32,000 nucleotides of DNA from Delftia acidovorans NBRC 14950 (GTDB taxonomy: Bacteria; Pseudomonadota; Gammaproteobacteria; Burkholderiales; Burkholderiaceae_C): positions 90,001 through 122,000 of the forward strand of contig NZ_BCZP01000009.1 of assembly GCF_001598795.1 (NCBI RefSeq). The letters run 5' to 3'. The notes under the pieces are model-generated. The model was not told the DNA's origin, made no database searches, and saw nothing but the letters and a program-made list of their open reading frames with translations. A program made the translations under genes and the position numbers. This document shows, piece by piece, positions 1 through 8,849 of the stretch. The first letter of the stretch is position 1. The number at the start of each line of letters is the position of its first letter.

Positions 1-1
1 C

Positions 2-616
2 GACAACGATGGACAGCTGCAGGGCGATGCCACGGGCGAGATCAACTATGCCTCGGGCGCGCTGCTGCTGCGCCCCAAGTTCATGATCGATGCTGGCGGC
101 CAGTTCGCCATCGAATACGACTACGCGAACATCATCGAAAAGAACGTGGTCGTGACCCCCGATGCGGGCGGCTTCGCCACGGTCAACTTCGACACCGAAC
201 CTGCGGCCGGGTCGGTGTCCATCGGCTGGATCACGGTGCGCAATCTGTCGGCCAGCTCGGGCGCGTCATCGGCGGGGACGGCGGCCGGCAAGAACACCGG
301 CAACACCAGCAAGGTGAGCTACATGCCCCAGGTGCCGCCCGTGGCGCCGCCGGCAACGACCAGCCGCGTGCCGCTGCCAGGCAACGACATCTATGCCAAG
401 TACATGGCCCCAGGCGGCACGCGAGTGCTGACGCAGGAGGCCGTCTACATCGAAGTGACCGCTGCATATGCGCCGGACGGCTACCACTACCCCGTGCCCG
501 ATGCCACGGGCGTCACCTGGTCCGAGGGGGACTATGCGCAAGGGCAGATCAGCATCGGGGGCACCACCTACAGGCGCTGGGGTTCATCCATCACCAATGG
601 GAGTAACGGATCATGA
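2..616 (+). CDS. phage structural (tail-region) protein, 5' truncated by window edge
   Basis: The frame is open from nt 2 (DNDGQLQGDATGEINY...) through the listed ORF 83..616. Its stop overlaps the next start (ATGA). It has a Ser/Gly/Thr-rich linker. No family recognised. Confidence 0.55.
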   Translation, partial: DNDGQLQGDATGEINYASGALLLRPKFMIDAGGQFAIEYDYANIIEKNVVVTPDAGGFATVNFDTEPAAGSVSIGWITVRNLSASSGASSAGTAAGKNTGNTSKVSYMPQVPPVAPPATTSRVPLPGNDIYAKYMAPGGTRVLTQEAVYIEVTAAYAPDGYHYPVPDATGVTWSEGDYAQGQISIGGTTYRRWGSSITNGSNGS

Positions 617-2532
617 CCGGGATGGCCGCAGCCGTCGTCACGACGACAACCAATACCAACTCGACAGCCACGTCGACCTCCAGCCATAGCAGGACCAGCT
701 ACCAGACCAGCAAGACGCAGGACACAGTGCGCCATCTGCTGACCGACGATGGCCATGGCTCGTTCGGCCCGGATGGGACGATCAGCTACGCGGGCAAGTT
801 CGCCAACGTGCGCTTCGTGCAGCTGGACAGCAAGACCGAAGGCTACAACAGCGATTTTGAGGACGCCAAGACCTTCGAGTCCACTTCGATGTCCGGCGGC
901 GGAGGCGACCCTGGTTCGAGCAGCTCGTCGTCCAAGGGCGGCGAGCGCAGCGACACCTCGGTCAGCGAAGAGATCCTGGCGGCCAGCACCGTCACACTGA
1001 CGTATGCCGAGGGCTTTGCTTCCCCGCAACACCACGTGATGAGCTACACGCCCGAGCCGCTCACGCTGGACTTGTGCCCCTACACCACCGACTACATCGT
1101 GCCCAACAGCGTGCGATTCCGGTGGATGGGCCAGGTGTATGAGGACTACGACGGAGTGCTTGTGCGGGGCCGCACTGCAATCAGCCCGGGCATCGTCGCG
1201 GGCGCCCTGGACTATTCCAGTGGAGTCGCGCGCATCACGGACTATGTCGTGGGCGGCTCGCCCACCGATTTCGCCGTCGAGAGCCTGTGGACCGTGCGCC
1301 AGAACTGGACCACGGCCAGCATCTTCATGCGTACCGCAGCTTCGCCGGTCAAGCCTTCGGGTTTCGTCATGAACCTGTCCGATGCCACCGGCGCCCAGAT
1401 CACGGCCATCGCCGGTATCGACGGGCTGATCACGGGCGATCACCTGCGCGGGCGCATCGACTACCAGACCGGCGTGGTGGAGCTGCAGTTTGGTGACTAC
1501 GTCCTCGACACCTCGCTGACGGCCGCGCAGAAGGCCGAGTGGTGGTACTCGGCCGACGACGTGGGCGCCGTGCAGCCGGACAAGATCTGGCGCCCCTGGC
1601 CCGTGGACCCGACCACGCTGCGCTACAACAGCGTCAGCTATTTCTACTTGCCGCTGGACGAGACCGTCATCGGCCTGGACCCGGTGCGCCTGCCGCAAGA
1701 TGGCCGCGTGCCTATCTACCGGGTGGGCGGCTACCTGGTGATCGGCCACACGGGCAAGATCGGCCCCGCCCAGCTCACCAACGGCCAGACCCTCAACTGC
1801 GGTCGCACCCGGCTCTCGCGCGTGTACTTGGTGGGCGCTGACAGCAAGCTGATCCACCAGGGCTGGACCGTGGACCTCGACGCCGGCCTGGTCAGCGTGC
1901 AGGATACGACGGGCTGGGTGCAGCCCGTGCGCGTGTTCCACCGAATCGAAGAGATGGCCAGGGCGTCGGACGTGCAGATCAGCGGAGCCATCACCCTTAC
2001 CAAGTCGCTGAGCCACGAATTCCCCGTGGGCTCCATCGTCAGCAATGCCCTCATGTCGGGCACGCTGCGCGCCCGGGTGAGCCATCTGTTTGACCAGAAC
2101 ACCTGGACCGGCCGCTGGCAGGACACAGTCGACGGCGCCGAGGCCCTGGCCAGCTACAACGACACCGTGGCGCCTATCCAAGTGACCAATGCCGGGGCCA
2201 TCCCGCAGCGCTGGATGCTGCGCTTCAAAGACACGACCAACTTCGAGTGCATCGGCCAGGACGTGGGCAACATCGGCTCGGGCTCGATCAATACCGACTT
2301 CGCGCCCATCAACCCCATCAGCGCCGCGCCGTACTTCACTGTGCGCGCCATCGGCTGGGGCCAGGGCTGGGCCGCCGGCAACGTGTTGCGCATCAACACC
2401 GTGGGTGCCATGCAGCCCTTTGCGGCCATCCGCACCGTGCAGCCCAGCGAGGCGGCGGGCACCGACCACGCCTTCGAGCTGCTCACGCGCGGCGACGTCG
2501 ACCGCCCACCCACCAATCCCCAGACCATCTGA
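613..2532 (+). CDS. phage tail-region structural protein (639 aa), family not recognised
   Basis: Long ORF coupled to the upstream gene by an ATGA overlap. It has Thr/Ser-rich and Gly/Ser-rich low-complexity segments near the N-terminus. Its position is immediately upstream of fibre-like genes. Confidence 0.6.
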   Translation: MTGMAAAVVTTTTNTNSTATSTSSHSRTSYQTSKTQDTVRHLLTDDGHGSFGPDGTISYAGKFANVRFVQLDSKTEGYNSDFEDAKTFESTSMSGGGGDPGSSSSSSKGGERSDTSVSEEILAASTVTLTYAEGFASPQHHVMSYTPEPLTLDLCPYTTDYIVPNSVRFRWMGQVYEDYDGVLVRGRTAISPGIVAGALDYSSGVARITDYVVGGSPTDFAVESLWTVRQNWTTASIFMRTAASPVKPSGFVMNLSDATGAQITAIAGIDGLITGDHLRGRIDYQTGVVELQFGDYVLDTSLTAAQKAEWWYSADDVGAVQPDKIWRPWPVDPTTLRYNSVSYFYLPLDETVIGLDPVRLPQDGRVPIYRVGGYLVIGHTGKIGPAQLTNGQTLNCGRTRLSRVYLVGADSKLIHQGWTVDLDAGLVSVQDTTGWVQPVRVFHRIEEMARASDVQISGAITLTKSLSHEFPVGSIVSNALMSGTLRARVSHLFDQNTWTGRWQDTVDGAEALASYNDTVAPIQVTNAGAIPQRWMLRFKDTTNFECIGQDVGNIGSGSINTDFAPINPISAAPYFTVRAIGWGQGWAAGNVLRINTVGAMQPFAAIRTVQPSEAAGTDHAFELLTRGDVDRPPTNPQTI

Positions 2533-2546
2533 TCCCGAGGTAGCCC

Positions 2547-3716
2547 ATGATCTACACGTTTGATTCCACCCAGGCCGGCGCCCCGGTGCTGTCCGGCACG
2601 GCCGGCGCGCTGGCGACGGTCCTCAAAGCCTGCCTGGTCGATGGCTTCGGCGCAGGCGTTGTCGTGTCGCTGGTGGTCACCGCCGGCGTCGCCAAGGCCA
2701 CGTATTCGGCCTCCCATCCTTTCCGGGCGGGAACCGTCGCGCGCATCGCTGGCGCGACGCCCGCAGGACTGAACGGCGACAAGCTGATCCTGGCGACCAC
2801 GGCCAACAGCGTCACCTATACCGCAGCGGACGTGGCGGACGGGGCGGCCACAGGCACCATCACCAGCCGCATGGCGCCTGCCGGATGGCAGGAGCTGTTC
2901 GCAGGCACGGTAGCCAATGTGCTGGTGGTCAAGCCCTCGGCTGTGGAGGCAACCGGTTGCGTGCTGCGAATCGATGATGCCGGCACGACCAATGCGCGCC
3001 TGCGCGGCTATGAGTCCATGACCGATGCGGTGACCGGCCATGGGCCGATCCCACTCGACAGCCATGTGTCAGGCGGCGTGTACTGGTCCAAGGCCTATGG
3101 CGCCGACGGCACGCCGATCCCCTGGCGCGTCTGGGCCGACAGCAGGGGTTTCTACTTCGCCGTGTCCCCTCGCGGCAATGCGGATCGGTACACGCTCTTC
3201 TATGCCGGAGACCTTGCAAGCTTCAAGTCCGGCGATGCCTGGGGCTGGTTGCTCACGGGCAATGCATCGGACCAGGTCGGCGTGACCTGGCGGCCAGATG
3301 GTTGCTGTGGCTGGTCCAGCCGTAATGCGCGCGCCGGCATGTATCTCGCGCGCTCGCATACCGGCGTGGGCCAGTCCATTGCGGCGGCCCGATATGGCGC
3401 CCACCACAACGGCCCCGCCACGGAAACCTATGCCGGCACCAGCGGCTACGCATGGGGCTCCTACCCCAACAGTCCCAACAACGGGCTGATGACCGGCGAG
3501 CTTGAGGTGTTCGCCCTGGGCATGCGGGGCACATTGCCTGGCCTGCTGCATCCCATACAGGATTGCGGCGACGCATTCACCAGCGGGACCACGCTGGACG
3601 GCACGGACGAATTCCTGGGGCGCAAGCTCATGGCTTGGCGCGTGGGTCCACCCGCGCTGGGCGGCGAGGGCGGCGGTACTGTGTTCATCGATGCGACAGG
3701 CCCCTGGAGCCGCTGA
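2547..3716 (+). CDS. phage tail-region protein (389 aa), family not recognised
   Basis: The ATG is preceded by GAGG (gaggtagcccATG). It is a 389-aa ORF starting MIYTFDSTQAGAPVLSGTAG..., and its stop overlaps the next start. Confidence 0.6.
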   Translation: MIYTFDSTQAGAPVLSGTAGALATVLKACLVDGFGAGVVVSLVVTAGVAKATYSASHPFRAGTVARIAGATPAGLNGDKLILATTANSVTYTAADVADGAATGTITSRMAPAGWQELFAGTVANVLVVKPSAVEATGCVLRIDDAGTTNARLRGYESMTDAVTGHGPIPLDSHVSGGVYWSKAYGADGTPIPWRVWADSRGFYFAVSPRGNADRYTLFYAGDLASFKSGDAWGWLLTGNASDQVGVTWRPDGCCGWSSRNARAGMYLARSHTGVGQSIAAARYGAHHNGPATETYAGTSGYAWGSYPNSPNNGLMTGELEVFALGMRGTLPGLLHPIQDCGDAFTSGTTLDGTDEFLGRKLMAWRVGPPALGGEGGGTVFIDATGPWSR

Positions 3717-5116
3717 TGCCGCACGCTGCTCAATGGGTGCTGTCCGGCGTCGCCGGCTACAACGCGCCGGGCCTTGCCCTGGCCGAGCTACGTATGTTGA
3801 CGGGCGACCCGCAGTGGTCCAGCACGTCCCTGCTGGTCCATGCCATGGACGGCGCGCTTGTGGACGCCACGGGCAAGGCCCTGGCGCCCACCGCTGTGAC
3901 GGTGGACCCTGCCAATCCCTACGACGGCTATCCCACGCTGGCGTGTGTCACAGGCACGGCGATCACGACACCAGCGCACGCATCTCTGGCCTTCGGCAGC
4001 GGGGACTTTTCGGTGGAGGCCATCGTGCGCATCGATGCGATCCCAGCAGCCGGTGACGGCTATGCGTTGTTCGCCAACGCAACCTCCTCCGCGCTTCCCT
4101 CCACGTTCTTCATCAGCGACCTCGGCACGCTGCAGGCCTGGAACAACGGCATCGTGGTCCCGGTGGCCTCCAGCGGCGCGCCGTTGCCCCTGGGGCGTTT
4201 TGCGCATGTCGAATGGCGGCGTGTCGCCGGCGTGCTGTATGCGTTGCTGGACGGCGTGCTGCAGTGGTCGGTGCCGCACACGGCCAACTATGCGTCCACC
4301 GGCCCCGCGACGCTGCTGGCCAACCCCGGCGGCGGCTCGGGCTGGTTGCGCGGCTGGCTCGCAGCGCTGCGCATCACCAAGGGCCAGCGCTACCAGGGAA
4401 CGACAGCGTGGCCGGGCCGGCAATTTGCGCGAGGCCCGGTGTCCGTGCTCGCTCCGACCTACTCGGCGACCATCGATCCCACCGAAGGCGCGGTCAGCGA
4501 TTTGTCCGATGTGGGGGCAGCTGGTGCGGCATGGGTCGATGTGTCGCCCGGGGGCTTTCGGATCGTTGCCGATTTTGCGGCGCCGGTCTCTGTCGATGCG
4601 CTGCAGTTTCAGTCCGCCGGCAATGGCATCGAGTTCGCGCAGCTCATGTGCCGCGATGGTGCCGGCCGGTGGCAGATAACAGGGGAGATTGCCAGCCCTT
4701 ACGTGGCGGATCAGTCTTGGTCGGCCGTCCTCAACGGTGCTATGTCGGCGGCACGCGCTCGGCCTCGGTCGCGCGCAGCCCGTACCTCGGTGGTCGTGTC
4801 GGCTCCGCTCAGTGCGTTCTCCGCCCGCGTCTCGCGCGTGCGGGCCGTCGACACGCAGTTCGGCGGGCCCGGCCGGATTTTCGGAACCACCAAGACTAAG
4901 GCCACGCCCAGCAATCTGCCCACGAAGGCGCGCGTGGTGCTGCTGCACCAGCGCAGCAAGCTGCTGGTCCGCGAGACGTGGAGCGACCCCGACACCGGCG
5001 ATTACTCGTTCGATGGGCTCGATGTGCGGCAGGAATTCCTCGCGCTGGCCGAGGACGCGGCGGGCAATTTCCGGGCCGTGGCGGCGCAGCGACTGCTGCC
5101 AGGGGCCACGCCATGA
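3716..5116 (+). CDS. phage tail fibre / receptor-binding-like protein with LamG (concanavalin-A-like lectin) fold
   Basis: The ATG at 3716 overlaps the upstream TGA (gcTGATGcc), so the listed ORF 3563.. is an N-terminal over-extension. The segment FSVEAIVRIDAIP...FAHVEWRRVAGVLYALLDGVLQW...LAALRITKGQRY has the typical Laminin_G_3 pattern. The C-terminus has a DPDTGDYSFDGLD motif. Confidence 0.55.
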   Translation: MPHAAQWVLSGVAGYNAPGLALAELRMLTGDPQWSSTSLLVHAMDGALVDATGKALAPTAVTVDPANPYDGYPTLACVTGTAITTPAHASLAFGSGDFSVEAIVRIDAIPAAGDGYALFANATSSALPSTFFISDLGTLQAWNNGIVVPVASSGAPLPLGRFAHVEWRRVAGVLYALLDGVLQWSVPHTANYASTGPATLLANPGGGSGWLRGWLAALRITKGQRYQGTTAWPGRQFARGPVSVLAPTYSATIDPTEGAVSDLSDVGAAGAAWVDVSPGGFRIVADFAAPVSVDALQFQSAGNGIEFAQLMCRDGAGRWQITGEIASPYVADQSWSAVLNGAMSAARARPRSRAARTSVVVSAPLSAFSARVSRVRAVDTQFGGPGRIFGTTKTKATPSNLPTKARVVLLHQRSKLLVRETWSDPDTGDYSFDGLDVRQEFLALAEDAAGNFRAVAAQRLLPGATP

Positions 5117-5544
5117 CCGCCGGCATCTGGGAGATCGGCCCCGCCATGGCACTGGCGCAGCTGCAGGCCACGGCCACGCGCTCGGACGTGGGCACTGGCA
5201 ACGCCCGCGTGCGCATCTACCTCGAGGTGCCGGCCGACTTCCTCGGCAGCCGAGGGGTTCAACAGGCCGAGGTCGTGCTGGCCAGGCCCAGCGCCACGGT
5301 GGTCAACGGCACCCTGGTGCTGCACGTCCGCGATGCGGCCGGCGCCATGGTCATGGCCACAGGCATCCCGCGTTGGGCAGACTGGCATGCAGCCGATGGC
5401 ACGCTGCTCGCCGGCGGCGAGGTGTCGGACGCTGATCACGCTGGCCCCTGGCGCCTTTTCGGCGGCCAGACCCCTGAGGGCGAGACCAGCCCGCTGCTGT
5501 ACGCCGGCAGCCTGGTGCAGCTCGGCGAAACCAGCCTGACGTAG
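5113..5544 (+). CDS. small phage tail-region protein (143 aa)
   Basis: The ATG at 5113 overlaps the upstream stop (ccATGAcc). It lies in frame within listed ORF 4978..5544. It is followed 2 nt later by the next gene. Confidence 0.5.
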   Translation: MTAGIWEIGPAMALAQLQATATRSDVGTGNARVRIYLEVPADFLGSRGVQQAEVVLARPSATVVNGTLVLHVRDAAGAMVMATGIPRWADWHAADGTLLAGGEVSDADHAGPWRLFGGQTPEGETSPLLYAGSLVQLGETSLT

Positions 5545-5546
5545 CC

Positions 5547-7433
5547 ATGGCCACCGAGACGGATCTGCTCTTTAACGCGCCCCTGGGCGACGGGCACTCG
5601 CCCGTCGACCTGGTCTTCGCCGATGACGAGCCCGCCGAGCAGGTCGTGGTGCTGCGCGCCGCCGGCCGCATCACGGGCCTGCGCGGTGCTGTTGCCCTGC
5701 GTACCCTGGTGCTGGCCTCGGCGCAAGGCCGGATCACCGGGCTGCGTGGCGCGGCGCGCGGGCAGATCAACATCAACGTGGCCCGGCCCACCGTGGGGCA
5801 GGTGCCCAGCGCCTGGCAGGAGGCGACAGCGGCGCGGGCTGTTCTGCGCAGCGTCTACGAGCAGGCCGCGCCCGTTCTGGCCGCCGTGCAGGAGCGGGGC
5901 GAGGCCGCCGTGGCCATATCGACCCTGCTGCTGCAGACGTGGCAGCAGGCCCAGCGCCTGGCGCACGCCACGCAAGCGGCCTGGCAGGACGGCCAGTATG
6001 TGGCCCGCACGCTTCGCCAGGCCTACGAAGAGGCCGCGCGCACGCGCGCTGCATCCCGCCAGGCCTGGCAGGAGGCCGAGCGCGTCTGCATGGTGTCGCA
6101 GCAGCAGTTCGAGGAGGCACTGCGGCGCCGGCATTCGGTCGCGCAGTCCTTCGGTGTGGGCGTGCTCCGTGGTGCGGCTGTCCGCACGGACATGCAGGAC
6201 GGCAGGGCAGTGCGTATCGCAGTGCTGGGCCGGTACGAAGAGGCGTGGAACCCGCGCCCAGGTATCACGCCGCCCGGCCCGAAGCCGCCGATAGAGCCGC
6301 CGTGCTACGTGCCTGTCGTCGGCGGGCCGGCAGATCTGGTGTTTGTGGACCCCTGGTCCAGCAGCACGCACCTGGTTTTTGTGTGCTGCAAGCCCGGCCC
6401 CGATCCAGAGCCTCCGCGCTACCAAATCCCACTTCTAAAGGTCTACATGACAGTTCATTCAATGGAGGCGGTGCTGCTGCCGAACATGGAGCCCGTGGCG
6501 TTGACGGATGTCTCTATCGCCAGCGATGACGATGGCTTCGCATGGAGCCTGTCCGCCAACGGCCCGGGTCACCTGCTGGAGCAACTAGCACCAATCGGTG
6601 GCATTCCCGTGCGAATCCGCGTGGTTGTCGACGGGGTGGACTTTGTGTTCGTGGTGCAAAGCCTGGCACGCACGAGGCGATTCGGTGAGCATAGGGTGGC
6701 GTTGCAGGGAGTCAGTACCAGTGCGCTGCTGGGCAGTCCCTATATGCCTGAGCAAACGTGGTTGGGGAATTCGCCCGCTACTGCACAGCAGCTTCTGATC
6801 CAGGCGCTTGAGTTCACTGGCGTGGACCTTGATTGGACAATTCCGGACTGGTTGGTGCCTGCTGGTGTGTGGAGCCATCGTGGCACACCGTTGTCTGCGG
6901 TCATGCGGGTGGCAGAGGCCGTGGGTGCTGTGGTCCGTAGCCATCGAACCCAGGACCGGCTTATCGTTGCCCCCCGGTTTCCCGTCCTGCCCTGGAATTG
7001 GCCGGCGGCCGTGCCTGATGTGTCAATGCCAGCCGCTGTCATCGCAACTGATGACCTGCGGCCCGAACCCCGGGCCCCCTACAACGCTGTCTACGTCAGC
7101 GGTCAAGCCGGCGGCATCTTGGGGCATGTATTGCGTGCGGGCTCGGCAGGTGAGCAGCTCGCGCCGCAGGTGACGGATGCACTCATCACCGATGAGACTG
7201 CGGCACGCCAGCGCGGTGCAGTGGTTCTGGCCGGGGCGGGCAACAAGCTGATCCAGAGCATCACCATGCCGCTGGTGACGGGCGGGAGCGCGCCAGGATT
7301 GATCCAGCCGGGCCAGTTGATCGAGGTCGCCGATGTGGGCCAGACCTGGCGGGGCCTGGTCCGTGCCACTCGCCTCAGTGCATCAATGCCCGTGGTCCGG
7401 CAACAAATCACGGTGGAGCGGACCGCTACATGA
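5547..7433 (+). CDS. phage tail-region protein (628 aa) with internal repeats
   Basis: Long ORF. The N-terminus carries a duplicated GRITGLRGA motif (nt 5664-5690 and 5727-5753). It is followed by a run of xxAWQ(E/D/Q)xx heptad-like repeats and then a globular C-terminal half. No family recognised. Confidence 0.6.
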   Translation: MATETDLLFNAPLGDGHSPVDLVFADDEPAEQVVVLRAAGRITGLRGAVALRTLVLASAQGRITGLRGAARGQININVARPTVGQVPSAWQEATAARAVLRSVYEQAAPVLAAVQERGEAAVAISTLLLQTWQQAQRLAHATQAAWQDGQYVARTLRQAYEEAARTRAASRQAWQEAERVCMVSQQQFEEALRRRHSVAQSFGVGVLRGAAVRTDMQDGRAVRIAVLGRYEEAWNPRPGITPPGPKPPIEPPCYVPVVGGPADLVFVDPWSSSTHLVFVCCKPGPDPEPPRYQIPLLKVYMTVHSMEAVLLPNMEPVALTDVSIASDDDGFAWSLSANGPGHLLEQLAPIGGIPVRIRVVVDGVDFVFVVQSLARTRRFGEHRVALQGVSTSALLGSPYMPEQTWLGNSPATAQQLLIQALEFTGVDLDWTIPDWLVPAGVWSHRGTPLSAVMRVAEAVGAVVRSHRTQDRLIVAPRFPVLPWNWPAAVPDVSMPAAVIATDDLRPEPRAPYNAVYVSGQAGGILGHVLRAGSAGEQLAPQVTDALITDETAARQRGAVVLAGAGNKLIQSITMPLVTGGSAPGLIQPGQLIEVADVGQTWRGLVRATRLSASMPVVRQQITVERTAT

Positions 7434-7666
7434 CCACAACCAACCTTTTCAAGCGTTTGCAGCAGTTGCTGCCGGCCGATCCTGTGCTCACGGGCACCGT
7501 GTCAGCGGTCGATGGCGATGGGATGGCCACTGTGGACTTGCCTGGCGGCGGGAATTTGCGTGTGCGCAATCCGCTGGGCAGCGCGCTGGGCGACAGCGTC
7601 TACATCCAGGGGCAGGCGATCACAGGGGATGCTCCGCAGCTCCCCTTTGTGCGTATCGAAATCTAG
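7430..7666 (+). CDS. small phage protein (78 aa)
   Basis: ATGA overlap with the upstream gene. It is the last gene before the lysis cassette. Confidence 0.5.
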   Translation: MTTTNLFKRLQQLLPADPVLTGTVSAVDGDGMATVDLPGGGNLRVRNPLGSALGDSVYIQGQAITGDAPQLPFVRIEI

Positions 7667-7687
7667 AAACAACACAGGAGGAAATCA

Positions 7688-7990
7688 ATGCAGGACGACT
7701 ACGGCAACGCCCTGGCCCCCCATACCGCGAAGTCCATCACCTCGCGGCTGGATGAGGGCGACAAGCGCATGACCCGCATAGAGCAAGAGTTGCAGGCCAA
7801 CACCGTTGCCACGCAACAGGTGAAGGCGAACACCGAGGAAATGGTGGAGTACTTCGCGGCAATGAAGGGAGCGTTTCGGGTGCTCAACTGGATCGGCAAG
7901 GTTGCCAAGCCCATCACCTACATCGTGATGCTGGGCACGGCGGGGATTGCGTTCTGGAAAGCCTTGATGGTAGGGGGAGGTGGCCGATGA
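7688..7990 (+). CDS. putative holin (single C-terminal TMD, N-terminal coiled coil)
   Basis: Strong RBS (acacAGGAGGaaatcaATG). It is 100 aa with one hydrophobic helix (PITYIVMLGTAGIAFWKALMV) near the C-terminus. Its stop overlaps the endolysin start. The holin call rests on position only. Confidence 0.5.
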   Translation: MQDDYGNALAPHTAKSITSRLDEGDKRMTRIEQELQANTVATQQVKANTEEMVEYFAAMKGAFRVLNWIGKVAKPITYIVMLGTAGIAFWKALMVGGGGR

Positions 7991-8595
7991 ACGAGACACT
8001 CCGCAATCGTCTGCTCGCCACGGCTGCCGGCCTGGCTGCCACTGCAGCTGGAGGCTACGTCGCTACGAAGGAGGCCGGGCCCAGCCCCGCCGTGGCGCTG
8101 GCCCGCGAGATTGGGCTGCACTACGAAAGCAGCGGCCGGCACATCGGCACGCCCTACATCGACCGCCTGGGCAAGGGGCAGCCGCTGACCGTCTGCGCGG
8201 GCGTCACAGGCCCCGAAGTTGTGGCGGGGCGCTACTACAGTCCCGAGGACTGCGAGCGCCTGGAGCGACCCAAATACCGCGAGGCCGAGCGCTTGGCGCG
8301 TCGGGCGCTGCGGCACTGGGACAGCTACAACCTCTGGGTGCAGGCCAGCTTTATAGACATGGCCTACAACGTGCCCTCGGCGCTCGCACCAGATACCACC
8401 GTCCTGCGGCTGGCCAACGCCGGGCAGCTGGATGCGGCATGCCAGCAGATGCCGCGTTGGGTCTACGGCACCGTGAACGGCGTGCCCACGCGGCTGCCTG
8501 GTCTTGTTGATCGCCGCGATACCACGCGCGAGCTGTGCGCGCAGTGGGGCAGGGACGGGCATTTCAGTGTCGGGCTGCTGGCACGGGGGTCATGA
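7987..8595 (+). CDS. SAR-type endolysin, glycoside hydrolase family 24 (phage lysozyme)
   Basis: The N-terminal Gly/Ala-rich weakly hydrophobic segment LLATAAGLAATAAGGYVA looks like a signal-anchor-release domain. The GH24 catalytic pattern E-x9-Y-I-D-x8-T-V-C-A-G-V-T-G is present (HYESSGRHIGTPYIDRLGKGQPLTVCAGVTG). Confidence 0.85.
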   Translation: MNETLRNRLLATAAGLAATAAGGYVATKEAGPSPAVALAREIGLHYESSGRHIGTPYIDRLGKGQPLTVCAGVTGPEVVAGRYYSPEDCERLERPKYREAERLARRALRHWDSYNLWVQASFIDMAYNVPSALAPDTTVLRLANAGQLDAACQQMPRWVYGTVNGVPTRLPGLVDRRDTTRELCAQWGRDGHFSVGLLARGS

Positions 8596-8849
8596 TGAAG
8601 TCAATGATTGGAGTCGCTGTCGTCGTCGCCTCACTTTCGGGCTGCACGATAGTTTCGGTGGGCTCTGTCCATCAGGCCTGCCGCGTGGTTGAGGTCGCTG
8701 CGGCCGAGGCTGACATGGCGCCGGCCTGGTACATCAGCGCCGGGCAAGTGCTGGAGCGCTGCGGCGTGCCTGAGGCCCGCGAGCGCGCCGAGCAATCCGC
8801 CTGTGCGGCCCAGCGTCGCGCCGGCTACAGCTGCGAGGCCAGCCCATGA
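8592..8849 (+). CDS. phage lipoprotein (85 aa) inside lysis cassette
   Basis: MMKSMIGVAVVVASLSGC is a signal peptide with lipobox LSGC. The mature part has four more Cys. The ATG overlaps the endolysin stop and its own stop overlaps the i-spanin start. Confidence 0.6.
   Translation: MMKSMIGVAVVVASLSGCTIVSVGSVHQACRVVEVAAAEADMAPAWYISAGQVLERCGVPEARERAEQSACAAQRRAGYSCEASP

Noticed and set aside
568-2469. 633-aa minus-strand ORF antisense to the phage structural gene. Similar long antisense ORFs occur at 3788..5152(-), 2154..3065(-), 5436..6425(-) and 7918..8562(-).
   Set aside because: These are typical shadow ORFs of high-GC DNA. Their products are Arg/Ala/Gly/His-rich low-complexity sequence with no motifs. 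They fully overlap better-supported, translationally coupled plus-strand genes.
3563-3715. N-terminal extensions of listed ORFs: 3563.., 4978.., 8535.., 18012.., 18990.., 19499.., 23390.., 28559..29656, 11076..11558, 24537..25169.
   Set aside because: The extensions overlap the preceding gene or a terminator hairpin, and their sequence is Arg-rich junk. Internal Mets coincide with stop-start overlaps, RBSs or the start of family homology.
8592-8849. The lipoprotein upstream of the i-spanin was considered as the true o-spanin, in a separated architecture.
   Set aside because: Known o-spanin genes lie within or downstream of the i-spanin gene. A much more Rz1-like Pro-rich lipoprotein ORF is embedded in the i-spanin gene. 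It is therefore kept as an extra lipoprotein of unknown role.
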